A stretch of 55,702 bases of DNA, taken from the sequence record SRR20825019_2100; one strand, 5' to 3'. This document shows positions 9,491 to 19,308 of this stretch, in pieces; within the stretch, counting starts at the first letter, position 1, and every line of letters starts with the position of its first letter. The position numbers and the translations under genes were made by a program. The notes beneath the pieces are model-generated. The model was not told where the DNA came from. It was given only the letters and a program-made list of their open reading frames with translations, and ran no database searches.

Positions 9491-10438
9491 TTAAGATGCT
9501 TTTCTTGCTTTTCGTTTGTCGGCGAATGCGTTTGCTGCCTCTCGTACCCAAGCACCATCTTCTTTTGCTTTTCTTCTTGTATCGATTCGCTCCTTGTTAC
9601 ATGGACCGTTTCCTTCAACTACTTGCCAAAACTCATCCCAGTTGATTTCTCCTGTTTCGTAGTGTTGAGTTTCCTCATTCCACTTCAAATCTGGATCTGG
9701 AATTGTTAAACCAATCAATTCAGCCTGTGGAACGGTAACATCTACAAACAGCTGACGTAATTCGTCATTTGTATGTCTTTTTATTTTCCACTTCATCGAT
9801 TGAGCCGTATGCTTAGATTCTGCATCGTTAGGACCAAACATCATTAAAGCAGGCCACCAAAAACGGTTCAATGCATCTTGTGCGAGTTCCTTTTGAATTG
9901 GAGTCCCTTGTGCCAATTGCATCATAATTTCAAACCCTTGTCTCTGGTGAAATGACTCTTCTTTACAAACCCGCACCATTGCTCTAGCATAAGGTCCATA
10001 AGAACAACGACATAAGGGAACCTGATTCATAATCGCAGCACCATCTACTAACCAACCTACAGCTCCCATATCTGCCCATGACAGCGTCGGATAATTAAAT
10101 ATTGATGAGTATTTCGCTTTGCCTGAGTGTAAATCGTCAATGGTTTGCTCACGATCTGCACCTAAAGTTTCAGCCGCACTATATAAATATAAGCCGTGAC
10201 CAGCTTCATCTTGAACTTTTGCAATTAAAACCGCTTTTCTTCTAAGGTTTGGAGCACGAGTGATCCAATTTCCCTCAGGAAGCATTCCTACTATTTCAGA
10301 ATGGGCGTGTTGCGAAATTTGGCGGACGAGTGTCTTTCGATATGTGTCTGGCATCCAGTCATTTGGTTCAATCTTAATATCGTTATCAATCTTCTCTTGA
10401 AAACGTCGCTCCAACTCTTGAATATCAATCTCTTTCAT
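9491..10438 (-). CDS. paaA: Phenylacetyl-CoA epoxidase subunit A
   Basis: [27 protein letters not shown] and KEESFH di-iron motifs. Confidence 0.97.
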   Translation of the reverse strand: MKEIDIQELERRFQEKIDNDIKIEPNDWMPDTYRKTLVRQISQHAHSEIVGMLPEGNWITRAPNLRRKAVLIAKVQDEAGHGLYLYSAAETLGADREQTIDDLHSGKAKYSSIFNYPTLSWADMGAVGWLVDGAAIMNQVPLCRCSYGPYARAMVRVCKEESFHQRQGFEIMMQLAQGTPIQKELAQDALNRFWWPALMMFGPNDAESKHTAQSMKWKIKRHTNDELRQLFVDVTVPQAELIGLTIPDPDLKWNEETQHYETGEINWDEFWQVVEGNGPCNKERIDTRRKAKEDGAWVREAANAFADKRKARKAS

Positions 10439-10457
10439 TTCGCATTTTTAAGGTTAA

Positions 10458-10531
10458 CAAATTTACAAAAAATAGATTAAATTGTCTGATATCAATGAGT
10501 ACCGCTAAATAAGGAAAAATGAGTAAATTTG
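10458..10531. promoter_or_regulatory. Divergent -7 promoter elements for paaA (minus) and paaE (plus)
   Basis: TAAATTTG at 10458-10465 (minus) and at 10524-10531 (plus), each about 20 nt from its start codon. Confidence 0.6.
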
Positions 10532-10551
10532 GGCGAAAATAATTTCGGCTA

Positions 10552-11619
10552 ATGACTCCAAAGTTTCATTCTCTAGTAATACGCGATATCATTAAGGAAA
10601 CGGACGACACTGTCTCTATTTCATTTCAAATCCCAGACGAATTAAAAGCAGATTACGCTTATCTTTCTGGGCAATACCTCACGTTGAAAACGAACATTGA
10701 CAATGAAGAAATTAGGAGATCGTATTCACTTTGCTCTGCTCCTCATGAAGGCGAATGGCGTGTTGCAATCAAAAGTGTAGAAGAAGGTAAATTCTCTACA
10801 TACGCAAATCAGTCGCTTCAAAAAGGAATGCTTTTAGATGTAATGACACCAACAGGGAATTTCAAAATTTCGCCAGACAAAACATCTTCTAAGTCCTATG
10901 CCCTTTTCGCTGCTGGATCTGGAATTACGCCAATTATATCGATTGCTAAAACGGTTCTAGAAGAGGAGCCTAACTCAAACATCACGCTTGTTTTTGGGAA
11001 TAAAGGATTTAACTCCATCATTTTTCGTGAGCAAATTGAAGCTCTCAAGAATGAACACATGTCAAGATTGAGAGTTATTCATGTATTGTCGAGAGAAAGT
11101 TTAGGTGCGCCTATTCTGAAAGGAAGATTGGATAAGGAAAAAGTTGGACATCTCTTCGATTCATTTTTTAACGGAATTTCTTTAGATGATGTATTTATCT
11201 GCGGACCTGAACAAATGATTCTGGATACGAAAGATGCGCTTTTAGAAAAAGGTGTAGACTCAACGAAAATTCATGTTGAACTTTTTACAACTCCATCAAC
11301 CAAAGCACCTCAGAAAAAACAAGACAATCTACCAAAAGTAGAGTCGAATGTAGAAATCATCCTAGATGGCGACCATATCTTATTGCATTTAGATTCCGAT
11401 GGAAAGACTCTTCTCGATGCCGCCCATGATGCTGGCGCGGATTTACCTTATGCATGTAAAGGAGGAGTTTGCTGCACATGCAAGGCAAAAATACTTGAAG
11501 GATCGGCTTCCATGGATGTCAATTATTCATTAGAACCAGATGAAATTGCAGCTGGTTACGTACTTACCTGTCAAGCGCATCCAACAAGCGACAAACTTGT
11601 TGTTTCTTTTGACCATTAA
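10552..11619 (+). CDS. paaE: Phenylacetyl-CoA epoxidase reductase (FAD/NAD-binding + 2Fe-2S)
   Basis: GQYLTL, RRSYSLCS, AAGSGITP, FICGP, ACKGGVCCTC, LTCQ. Confidence 0.92.
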   Translation: MTPKFHSLVIRDIIKETDDTVSISFQIPDELKADYAYLSGQYLTLKTNIDNEEIRRSYSLCSAPHEGEWRVAIKSVEEGKFSTYANQSLQKGMLLDVMTPTGNFKISPDKTSSKSYALFAAGSGITPIISIAKTVLEEEPNSNITLVFGNKGFNSIIFREQIEALKNEHMSRLRVIHVLSRESLGAPILKGRLDKEKVGHLFDSFFNGISLDDVFICGPEQMILDTKDALLEKGVDSTKIHVELFTTPSTKAPQKKQDNLPKVESNVEIILDGDHILLHLDSDGKTLLDAAHDAGADLPYACKGGVCCTCKAKILEGSASMDVNYSLEPDEIAAGYVLTCQAHPTSDKLVVSFDH

Positions 11620-11630
11620 AAAAAACGATT

Positions 11631-12704
11631 GTGTTTAAAAAATTATTTGGAAAAAGCAATAAATCGACAGCTCCTAAAGGGTTCAATTCATTGCAAATAA
11701 AGGAATTAAAACGATTAACAAAAGATACTGTTCAAGTTGTTTTGGAAATTCCTGCTGATTTAAAGTCTGCGTTTAATTTCAAGCCTGGACAGTACCTTAC
11801 GTTCGCTATTGATATTAACGGAACTCAAGAACGTAGATCATATTCAATTTGCTCGGGAATAAATGAACCACTGGCTGTTGCCGTGAAAGAAGTAGCTAAC
11901 GGAACAGTTTCAACTTGGTTTAACCGAACTGCTGAAGCGGGAATGGAAATTTTTGTTGGTGCTCCTGAAGGATCATTTACTCGAAAGTCGGAAGACAAAA
12001 ACATAGTTGCAATTGCAGCTGGATCTGGAATTACCCCGATTCTTTCTATCGCTAAGGATATCAACCAAAGCGGTGGAAAAATGCAACTTCTTTACGGAAA
12101 TAGATCCAAAGACTCAATCATTTTCAAATCTGAAATTGATTCCTTAGAAAATGTTCATGCAACGTATTTCTTGAGCGGCGAAACTTCCGAAGAATTTAAA
12201 GCTGGAAGAATCAATAAAGAAGCACTTACCGAGTTTATTAAAAGTGACCTGTCTGTATTGAAATCAGATGGATTCTTTCTTTGTGGCCCAGAACAGCTTA
12301 TCGTTGATGCAGTTGAAGTCCTCAAAACGTTTGGTGTGGATAAAGATAAAGTACACTACGAGCTTTTCACAACTCCCGTACTTATGAAGTCCGAGCCAAC
12401 ACCGACGACATCTTCTTTCTCTGGAAAAAGTCAGGTTTCTGTTTTTCTTGATGACGAAGAAATCAACTTCGAATTGGAATCAGACGGTAAAGTGATTTTA
12501 GAAGTGGTGAGCTCAGAAGGTTACGATCCACCTTATTCATGTAAAGGAGGCGTTTGCAGCTCTTGTAAAGCGAAGGTTTTGGAAGGAAAAGCAACTATGA
12601 AACTTAACTATTCTTTGACGGATTCGGAAATTGAGGAAGGATACATATTAACTTGTCAGGCTCGACCTGCAAGCGAAACGTTAAAGATCACTTACGATGT
12701 CTAA
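11631..12704 (+). CDS. Second PaaE-like ferredoxin-NAD(P)+ reductase
   Basis: Same architecture: RRSYSICS, AAGSGITP, FLCGP, SCKGGVCSSC, LTCQ; GTG start. Confidence 0.88.
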   Translation: MFKKLFGKSNKSTAPKGFNSLQIKELKRLTKDTVQVVLEIPADLKSAFNFKPGQYLTFAIDINGTQERRSYSICSGINEPLAVAVKEVANGTVSTWFNRTAEAGMEIFVGAPEGSFTRKSEDKNIVAIAAGSGITPILSIAKDINQSGGKMQLLYGNRSKDSIIFKSEIDSLENVHATYFLSGETSEEFKAGRINKEALTEFIKSDLSVLKSDGFFLCGPEQLIVDAVEVLKTFGVDKDKVHYELFTTPVLMKSEPTPTTSSFSGKSQVSVFLDDEEINFELESDGKVILEVVSSEGYDPPYSCKGGVCSSCKAKVLEGKATMKLNYSLTDSEIEEGYILTCQARPASETLKITYDV

Positions 12705-13383
12705 AACAATTGTGGTTGTTGGCGCAAGTCGTGGAATTGGAAAGTCAATTGTAGAACAATTAGCAACAGATTCCGAGAACCAAATTTTGGCTCTTTCAAG
12801 AAATCTCGCATCCATGAAACAACAATTCGCGCAGTTCCCAAATGTTTCTTGTCACACAATAGATTTAGGATCAGAAACTATCCGAACGGAATGTGAAGCT
12901 ATTTTTTCCTCTTTGGAACGCATTGACATTCTTATTAATAATGCGGGACTTTTGGTGAGTAAACCATTTTTAGACCTAGATCGTTCTGAATTAGTCGAGA
13001 GTTATTCAGTGAACGTTATTGGCGTTATGCAGACCGTTCAAGCTGCAGTTCCCAAAATGGAAAACACGCATATTGTAAATATTAGCTCGATGGGCGGTTT
13101 TCAAGGAAGCGTTAAGTTCCCTGGATTGTCGGCGTATTCGACTTCAAAAGCTGCACTTTGTAGTTTCACAGAGTTGTTTGCGGAAGAATACAAAGAATCG
13201 ACTATTAAAATGAATTGCTTGTGTCTTGGTGCTGCACAAACTGAAATGCTCGAAGCAGCTTTTCCAGGATATCAAGCTCCTGTTTCTGCGGAGAAAATGG
13301 CTGAATACATTGTAGATTTTGCCCTCAACGCACACCAATGGATCAATGGGAAAATTATTCCTGTTTCATTGAGCACTCCGTAG
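12697..13383 (+). CDS. Short-chain dehydrogenase/reductase
   Basis: GASRGIG, INNAG, NISS, YSTSK. Confidence 0.92.
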   Translation: MSKTIVVVGASRGIGKSIVEQLATDSENQILALSRNLASMKQQFAQFPNVSCHTIDLGSETIRTECEAIFSSLERIDILINNAGLLVSKPFLDLDRSELVESYSVNVIGVMQTVQAAVPKMENTHIVNISSMGGFQGSVKFPGLSAYSTSKAALCSFTELFAEEYKESTIKMNCLCLGAAQTEMLEAAFPGYQAPVSAEKMAEYIVDFALNAHQWINGKIIPVSLSTP

Positions 13384-13429
13384 TTGTTACTTTTTAAAAG
13401 TTCAACATTGTACTAGAAATGACATCGCG

Positions 13430-13996
13430 TTGATTCGGAAGAAAAAAATACAATTTACTGAGGCAGAACTGATCGTGAAAGCGAAAACAGATTCTTCTTA
13501 CTTTGGTGGATTATACAATTCCTATTTTGAGCAAATTTTCCGATTTGTATTTAAAAAAGTAAGTGGAAACGAAGATTTGGCGGGAGATTTAACCCAACAA
13601 ACTTTTATGAAAGCAATGGCGAACATTCATAAGTATGAAGATCGCGGTTTTCCTTTTAGTAGTTGGTTGTACCGAATTGCGCAGAATGAAGTTTTGATGT
13701 ATTTCAGAGCTCAGAAGAAGACATTCTACGTGGCTATTGACGAAGAACGAGTTAGTGAACTTGCTTCGGAAGTGAGTGCAGACTTTAAATATATGTCATC
13801 AGAAGAGCAAGAGCAACTTATAGAAATGCTCAACTCTCTGGATTCTGATTCTCTGGATTTGATTGAATTGAGGTTTTTTCAAGAATTAAGTTTTAAAGAA
13901 ATTGCCGAGATTTATAGTATCACCGAAGCGAATGCAAAAATGAGAACATATCGTATCTTAGAGCGAATTAATAAAAAGTGGAAAGACGAACAATGA
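13430..13996 (+). CDS. ECF RNA polymerase sigma factor
   Basis: Region 2 AGDLTQQTF, FSSWLYRIA; region 4 LRFFQELSFKEIAEI. Confidence 0.92.
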   Translation: MIRKKKIQFTEAELIVKAKTDSSYFGGLYNSYFEQIFRFVFKKVSGNEDLAGDLTQQTFMKAMANIHKYEDRGFPFSSWLYRIAQNEVLMYFRAQKKTFYVAIDEERVSELASEVSADFKYMSSEEQEQLIEMLNSLDSDSLDLIELRFFQELSFKEIAEIYSITEANAKMRTYRILERINKKWKDEQ

Positions 13997-14202
13997 GAAA
14001 GTTCATCGTAAATAAAGAAAAGAAGGAATTGACACCGACTGAGCAACAAATTCAGCGTCAAAAGGACTTTTCACGTCTACACCACGACTATGAAAAACTG
14101 AGTAAACGCAGCAAGAAAAGGCTCTATCAAGATCCTAAAATGCTCTTATTCTTTGTAATCATCGCCGTAATTCTGCTCCTACTTTTCCTCGGAGAATTTT
14201 AA
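13993..14202 (+). CDS. Small (69 aa) single-TM protein, candidate anti-sigma factor
   Basis: ATGA overlap with the sigma stop codon; charged N-terminus and C-terminal hydrophobic helix. Confidence 0.65.
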   Translation: MRKFIVNKEKKELTPTEQQIQRQKDFSRLHHDYEKLSKRSKKRLYQDPKMLLFFVIIAVILLLLFLGEF

Positions 14203-14232
14203 ACATTAGGTGAAATTTAATAATTTTCGGGA

Positions 14233-14781
14233 ATGACCTTCATTCTTCACACTTCCCGCTTAAATCTTCGTCATTTCATCGCCGAAAAAGACGCTGAACC
14301 GATGTTTCTGCTCAATCTCAATCCAAACGTTATGCGCTACACTGGCGACGTCGCTTTTGAATCCGTAGAATCTTCCAAAAAGTTCCTTGTAAATTACCTT
14401 GAATCCCAACAAAATGGCTTCGGTAGATTTGCCGTTGAGTTACGTGAAACGAATGAAATTATTGGCTGGTGCGGGTTGAAATACCATCAGGAAGAAAATT
14501 TTGTTGATTTGGGATACAGATTTTTCGAAGAACATTGGGGCAAAGGTTATGCTACGGAAGCAAGTATCGCGTCATTGAACTATGGATTTCAGGAATTGAA
14601 ACTTGACGAAATCATCGTTCGAACGAGTAAAGAAAATTTAGCTTCAATTCGCGTCATCGAAAAACTGGGCTTCAAAGAAACTTTCAGTTTCCCAAAAGAT
14701 CAAGTCTGTGATCGAATCTTTACAATCTCGAAAGAAGATTTCCTTGTACTTTCGGATCAAAAAAAGCCAAAATCCAGCTAG
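14233..14781 (+). CDS. GNAT (RimJ/RimL-like) N-acetyltransferase
   Basis: LHTSRLNLR, IGWCG, DLGYRF..HWGKGYATEA, NLASIRVIEKLGF. Confidence 0.92.
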   Translation: MTFILHTSRLNLRHFIAEKDAEPMFLLNLNPNVMRYTGDVAFESVESSKKFLVNYLESQQNGFGRFAVELRETNEIIGWCGLKYHQEENFVDLGYRFFEEHWGKGYATEASIASLNYGFQELKLDEIIVRTSKENLASIRVIEKLGFKETFSFPKDQVCDRIFTISKEDFLVLSDQKKPKSS

Positions 14782-14801
14782 GTTGGCTGTTTTTTCGTAA
14801 C

Positions 14802-15824
14802 TTGATTCCACGTTTGAAGACACTGCCCAACATAGGAAATTTTATTATCATCCTTTTCGCTGTATTTAGTTCACAAGCGCAGGATATCCATTGGTCTCAG
14901 TTTAATGATAATCCCGTTTTTCAAAATCCGGGAAATACGGGTCAGTTTAACGGCGACATTCGATATATCGGGAATTTTCGAGATCAGTGGCGAAGTGTTA
15001 CAGTTCCCTTTTCAACCATTTCGGGCTCCGTAGATGCAAAAGTTTTTCGTGATAAAAACGCAGGTGTTGGCTTACTCTTTTTTCACGACGTAGTTGGAGA
15101 CGGACAATTAAGAACAATTGAACTTCAAGGAAACATTTCATACCTTTTGAAGCTAACGGCTGATTCCACACACACTATTCGTCCAGGGTTGAGCCTCGGC
15201 TTTAACCACAGACAATTTAATGCCGACCAATTCTATTTCGACAGCCAGTTTGACGGAATTCAATTCAATCCTGCACTTCCTACGAATGAAATTTTCGCCA
15301 ACGACAGAACGAATAATCTGAATATTGGGATTGGATCCATTTATCAATTTTATAAAAACAAACGACTCAACTTTACCGGAGGATTTGGAATTTTCAATTT
15401 AAATCGACCAGATCAAGGCTTCTTCAATACAAAAATCGAACGCGATATTCGAGCGAACTTCTTTGCCAAAGGAATTTACAAGTTAAATTATGATTGGGAC
15501 TTAGTTCCTGGGCTTCAGTTCAATGTCCAAGGAAAGTACCGCGAATTTATTATTGGATCGAGTGTTAAATACACCGTGATAGACCGCCTTGGAGAATATC
15601 GGGCGTTCTACGGAGGACTTTTTTACCGAAATCGTGATGCTGCATTTATGTCCGTTGGTATGGACTATCAAAGTTGGTTTGTTGGATTAAGCTACGATAT
15701 TAATTATTCAAAACTCGTTCCTGCAAGTCGACTTAGAGGCGGATTTGAAATCGCGATTCGCTATACCATGTTTCGTTTTAAGCCAAAGAAAATCGTTCAT
15801 AGAATATGCCCAGATTATATTTAA
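14802..15824 (+). CDS. PorP/SprF family T9SS outer-membrane protein
   Basis: AQDIHWSQF....FQNPG.TG, RDQW, VGLSYDIN, GGFEIAIRY, C-terminal CP. Confidence 0.9.
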   Translation: MIPRLKTLPNIGNFIIILFAVFSSQAQDIHWSQFNDNPVFQNPGNTGQFNGDIRYIGNFRDQWRSVTVPFSTISGSVDAKVFRDKNAGVGLLFFHDVVGDGQLRTIELQGNISYLLKLTADSTHTIRPGLSLGFNHRQFNADQFYFDSQFDGIQFNPALPTNEIFANDRTNNLNIGIGSIYQFYKNKRLNFTGGFGIFNLNRPDQGFFNTKIERDIRANFFAKGIYKLNYDWDLVPGLQFNVQGKYREFIIGSSVKYTVIDRLGEYRAFYGGLFYRNRDAAFMSVGMDYQSWFVGLSYDINYSKLVPASRLRGGFEIAIRYTMFRFKPKKIVHRICPDYI

Positions 15825-18046
15825 GTATTTTTTTATTCTTCGCGAGCGGATCGGTTTTTGGACAGAACAATCTCTCCAAATACCTCGATTTTGCCCAAGA
15901 ACAATACGATAAGGGCGATTACTATTATGCATTGGAATATTATGAAAAAGCAATGCAAATTGATTCAACAACGATAGACATTCTTTGGCGAGTTGCGGAA
16001 ACCCATCGTGCATACAAAGACTATCGAAAAGCTGAATACTATTACGCGAAGGTTTACGATGGTGAAGAAGCACAAATTTATCCGTTCAGTCTCCTTCAGC
16101 TTGGACTCATGCAAAAGCAAAATGGGAAATACAGCGAAGCGATAGAAACTTTCAAAAAGGCCAAAAAGAAATACTATAAAGACAAACGCGGATACTTGTA
16201 CCTCAAATCGAAGCAAGAATTGATTAGTACACTTTGGGCGCAGTCAGCAATTGATGACGAGGATATAAGCTTTGAGCGCCTTCCAGAAACCGTCAACACA
16301 AAAAACTCCGAATTCGGTCATGGAATTTTTGGTAATGAGCTTATTTTTTCTAGTCTCCGCGCGGATTCAATCAGTGAATCAGAAGAAGTTTATGAAACCT
16401 TCTATAAAACGCGCATCTATCGAAGTTTGATGGATGGAGAAAATTTTGAAGCTTCTGAACTTGTAAAAGACCTATTTCAACAAGAACTCAGCAATGGAAA
16501 TGGAACATTCTCCTTGGACAGTACGCGCTTTTATTTCAGCTCTTGTAAAGACGAAGGATATAATTATCAATGTAAAATTGTCGTTGCCCAGTACAACAAC
16601 GGAAAATGGTTTGCGATTGACACTTTGGGCGAAATCATTAATGAACCTGGATCAAATACAACAATGCCATGTATTGCAGAAATCGATGGAGAAGAAGCGC
16701 TAATTTTTGCTTCAAATCGAAAGGACGGAGAAGGCGGATTGGATTTGTACATCACCAAAATTCGAAATGGGAATCAATATTCGAAAGTGCGTCCGTTAAA
16801 ATCGATAAATTCACTCGATAACGAGGTGACTCCTTGGTGGGACGCGAAGCAACAACGACTATATTTTTCGTCGTCGTGGCACGAAGGTTTTGGAGGATTA
16901 GACATCTTCTATTCACAATATGATGGCGACTTTGGAGACCCCATAAATGCTGGACAACCATTCAATAGTCCTGCAAACGATCTTTATTATTTCAAAAATA
17001 GTGACACAAGCTATGTAAGCTCAAATCGATTAGGAGTTCTTTACAGTAAAAACCCAACCTGTTGTAGTGATATTTTTGCTGCAAAACCACCGACAATTTA
17101 TATTCCTCCAACTAAAGAAGAAACATTGGCAGATTTGAACAAAAGACTTCCTGTCACGCTGTATTTTCATAACGACGTTCCTAATCCAAAGAGTCGCGAC
17201 ACACTTACAAGTTTAAGTTACATCGAAACCTACAATGAATACACAGCGATGTTAGAAACCTATAAAAAAGAATATTCTAACGGGTTAAAGGGTGAAAAAT
17301 CAAACGAGGCAAAAGAAGACATTGAGGATTTTTTCATTGAGTACGTCGATAAAGGTGTGTCAGATTTAGCCCTTTTCAGAGATTTACTATTCGAAGAATT
17401 AGAACGAGGAGCAAAAATCAATATCACAGTAAAAGGATTTGCTAGCCCATTAGCGAAAACCGATTACAACGTGAACCTTACCAAGCGCCGAATTTCCTCT
17501 TTGGTAAACTACATGCGGAAATACGACAACGGCATCTTCGTCCCCTATTTAGATGGAACTGCGCCGAACGGAGGCAAAGTCGTCTTTTCCCAAATTCCTT
17601 TTGGAGAATATACTGCTAATCAATTAACGAGCGATAATCCGAACGACGTTCAAAATTCGGTGTACTCCAGATCCGCAGGAATTGAGCGAAAAATAGAAAT
17701 TCAAAGCGTGAGCTATTTGGAAGAAGATAAGGAATTTGCGATTACAACACCAAACCCAGTATTCGATGCGAAAAATGTAAAAAAAGGAACCATTATAAAG
17801 GCCAATTTTACCATTTCAAATTCTTCATCCGAAGCAATTACGCTGAAAGATGTACGGATTCCGTCGAATTACGTAAAGGCAACAATTCAAAAAACGACTT
17901 TAGCGCCGGGAGAATCAACGCCAGTAATCATGGAAGTAAATCCAGAATCGTTGACGAACTTTTTCGTTGAATCCATCTACATTTCTACAAAAAATAGCGA
18001 TTTAGAATTGAGACTTTATGTTTCCGGTCAGATCACACGTGAGTGA
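15806..18046 (+). CDS. PorE-like protein: TPR + PD40 propeller + divergent OmpA_C-like + C-terminal Ig-like (DUF1573-like) domain
   Basis: N-terminal TPRs; FASNR..GEGGLDLY, YFSS..HEGFGGLDIF, N.G.PFNSPANDLY; GFASPL...YNVNLTKRR; C-terminal LAPGES. Confidence 0.78.
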   Translation: MPRLYLSIFLFFASGSVFGQNNLSKYLDFAQEQYDKGDYYYALEYYEKAMQIDSTTIDILWRVAETHRAYKDYRKAEYYYAKVYDGEEAQIYPFSLLQLGLMQKQNGKYSEAIETFKKAKKKYYKDKRGYLYLKSKQELISTLWAQSAIDDEDISFERLPETVNTKNSEFGHGIFGNELIFSSLRADSISESEEVYETFYKTRIYRSLMDGENFEASELVKDLFQQELSNGNGTFSLDSTRFYFSSCKDEGYNYQCKIVVAQYNNGKWFAIDTLGEIINEPGSNTTMPCIAEIDGEEALIFASNRKDGEGGLDLYITKIRNGNQYSKVRPLKSINSLDNEVTPWWDAKQQRLYFSSSWHEGFGGLDIFYSQYDGDFGDPINAGQPFNSPANDLYYFKNSDTSYVSSNRLGVLYSKNPTCCSDIFAAKPPTIYIPPTKEETLADLNKRLPVTLYFHNDVPNPKSRDTLTSLSYIETYNEYTAMLETYKKEYSNGLKGEKSNEAKEDIEDFFIEYVDKGVSDLALFRDLLFEELERGAKINITVKGFASPLAKTDYNVNLTKRRISSLVNYMRKYDNGIFVPYLDGTAPNGGKVVFSQIPFGEYTANQLTSDNPNDVQNSVYSRSAGIERKIEIQSVSYLEEDKEFAITTPNPVFDAKNVKKGTIIKANFTISNSSSEAITLKDVRIPSNYVKATIQKTTLAPGESTPVIMEVNPESLTNFFVESIYISTKNSDLELRLYVSGQITRE

Positions 18047-18095
18047 TATCTATTATTATCAAGATTATCGTATTTTTGAGCGCACAATTGAATAA

Positions 18096-19295
18096 ATGTC
18101 AACAGAATCTATTGAAATAGTCCCAAAACCGAAAGTAAGATTACGGTTCATCGATATGGCTCGCTCACTTGCCATTCTCTTAATGTTGGAAGGTCATTTT
18201 ATCGAACATACCTTCGAGAACTTTTCGGTAATGAAAGATTTGGCGAATGCAACAGGTAGTTCTGGCAACGTCATTTTCGACTGGTGGTATTTTATGAAAG
18301 GATTTACCGCACCGATGTTCTTTTCAGTAACAGGAGTCGTCTTCGTCTATCTTTTAGCGCGAAACAAAGAGGCAGGTTTTTGGAAAATTCCGAGGGTCAA
18401 AAAGGGATTCAAAAGATCACTCGAATTATTGTTTTGGGGATTCATGCTCCAATTAAATCTACGGTACACTTTAGACTATTTCAGAGGAACTTTTGGTGAT
18501 TGGGTATTTGCCTTTCACGTACTTCAATGTATCGGAGTTGGAATTTCCGTGCTCCTCCTAATTTTTGGATTGTACAAGCTACTGCGCGTTGTCCCATTGT
18601 TTTTACTTTATTTCATTGCCGGCACAGCGGTTTTCTGCTTTTATCCAGACTTTAAATTACTCGATTCAACTACGCATATACCTGCTGGTGCACCACAAAT
18701 CATACAAAACGTTTTTCACGGTAAGCATTCTGTTTTCCCAATTATTCCATGGATGGCATTCACGCTTTACGGAGGAATGATTGGAGCGTTATTTATTCGT
18801 TACGAAGCACACATTAAGAAGAACTGGTTTCAGCTTGTTTTTATTTCTGCTGGACTAATTGTCACGTTTTATTCACGTTCAATTTGCTACTCCATTGACC
18901 TTTTCATTGATTTTATCAACCCTTCCAATAAATTTTTCTTTGTAGAAAATGCATGGTTGTATAGCCGTCTTGGTCAAATAATTACTGTACTCGGAGTTCT
19001 GATGTTTATTGAACGCTTTTTCAGCTTCAAAAATGGGCTCTTCTTGAAGGTTGGACAAAACACCCTTCCAATCTATGTTCTGCACGTCATACTCCTTTAT
19101 GGAGGCTTAATTGGCTTCGGATTGAAAAATATTATGGCTCATTCCTTAAGCGGATGGCAGTCTGTACTAGGCGCGGCTATTTTCTTAGGAATCTTCATCC
19201 TATTCATCAAATACTATGAGTTCTTCTTGAACGGTTGGCAGAAATTCTGGGCATTTTTTAAGTTCTGGAAAAAGAAACCAGTTACTGAAGAATAG
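18096..19295 (+). CDS. DUF1624/HGSNAT-like transmembrane acyltransferase domain protein
   Basis: RLRFIDMARSLAILLMLEGH, APMFFSVTG, HVLQCIG, FPIIPW, GQNTLPIYVLH; TATTTTTG promoter at 18071-18078. Confidence 0.82.
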   Translation: MSTESIEIVPKPKVRLRFIDMARSLAILLMLEGHFIEHTFENFSVMKDLANATGSSGNVIFDWWYFMKGFTAPMFFSVTGVVFVYLLARNKEAGFWKIPRVKKGFKRSLELLFWGFMLQLNLRYTLDYFRGTFGDWVFAFHVLQCIGVGISVLLLIFGLYKLLRVVPLFLLYFIAGTAVFCFYPDFKLLDSTTHIPAGAPQIIQNVFHGKHSVFPIIPWMAFTLYGGMIGALFIRYEAHIKKNWFQLVFISAGLIVTFYSRSICYSIDLFIDFINPSNKFFFVENAWLYSRLGQIITVLGVLMFIERFFSFKNGLFLKVGQNTLPIYVLHVILLYGGLIGFGLKNIMAHSLSGWQSVLGAAIFLGIFILFIKYYEFFLNGWQKFWAFFKFWKKKPVTEE

Positions 19296-19308
19296 ACTTA
19301 TGGAACGT

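Noticed and set aside
14765-14795. Weak hairpin AGCCAA...TTGGCT plus T-run after the GNAT gene
   Set aside because: Only a 6-bp stem with a 12-nt loop overlapping the coding end; too weak to call
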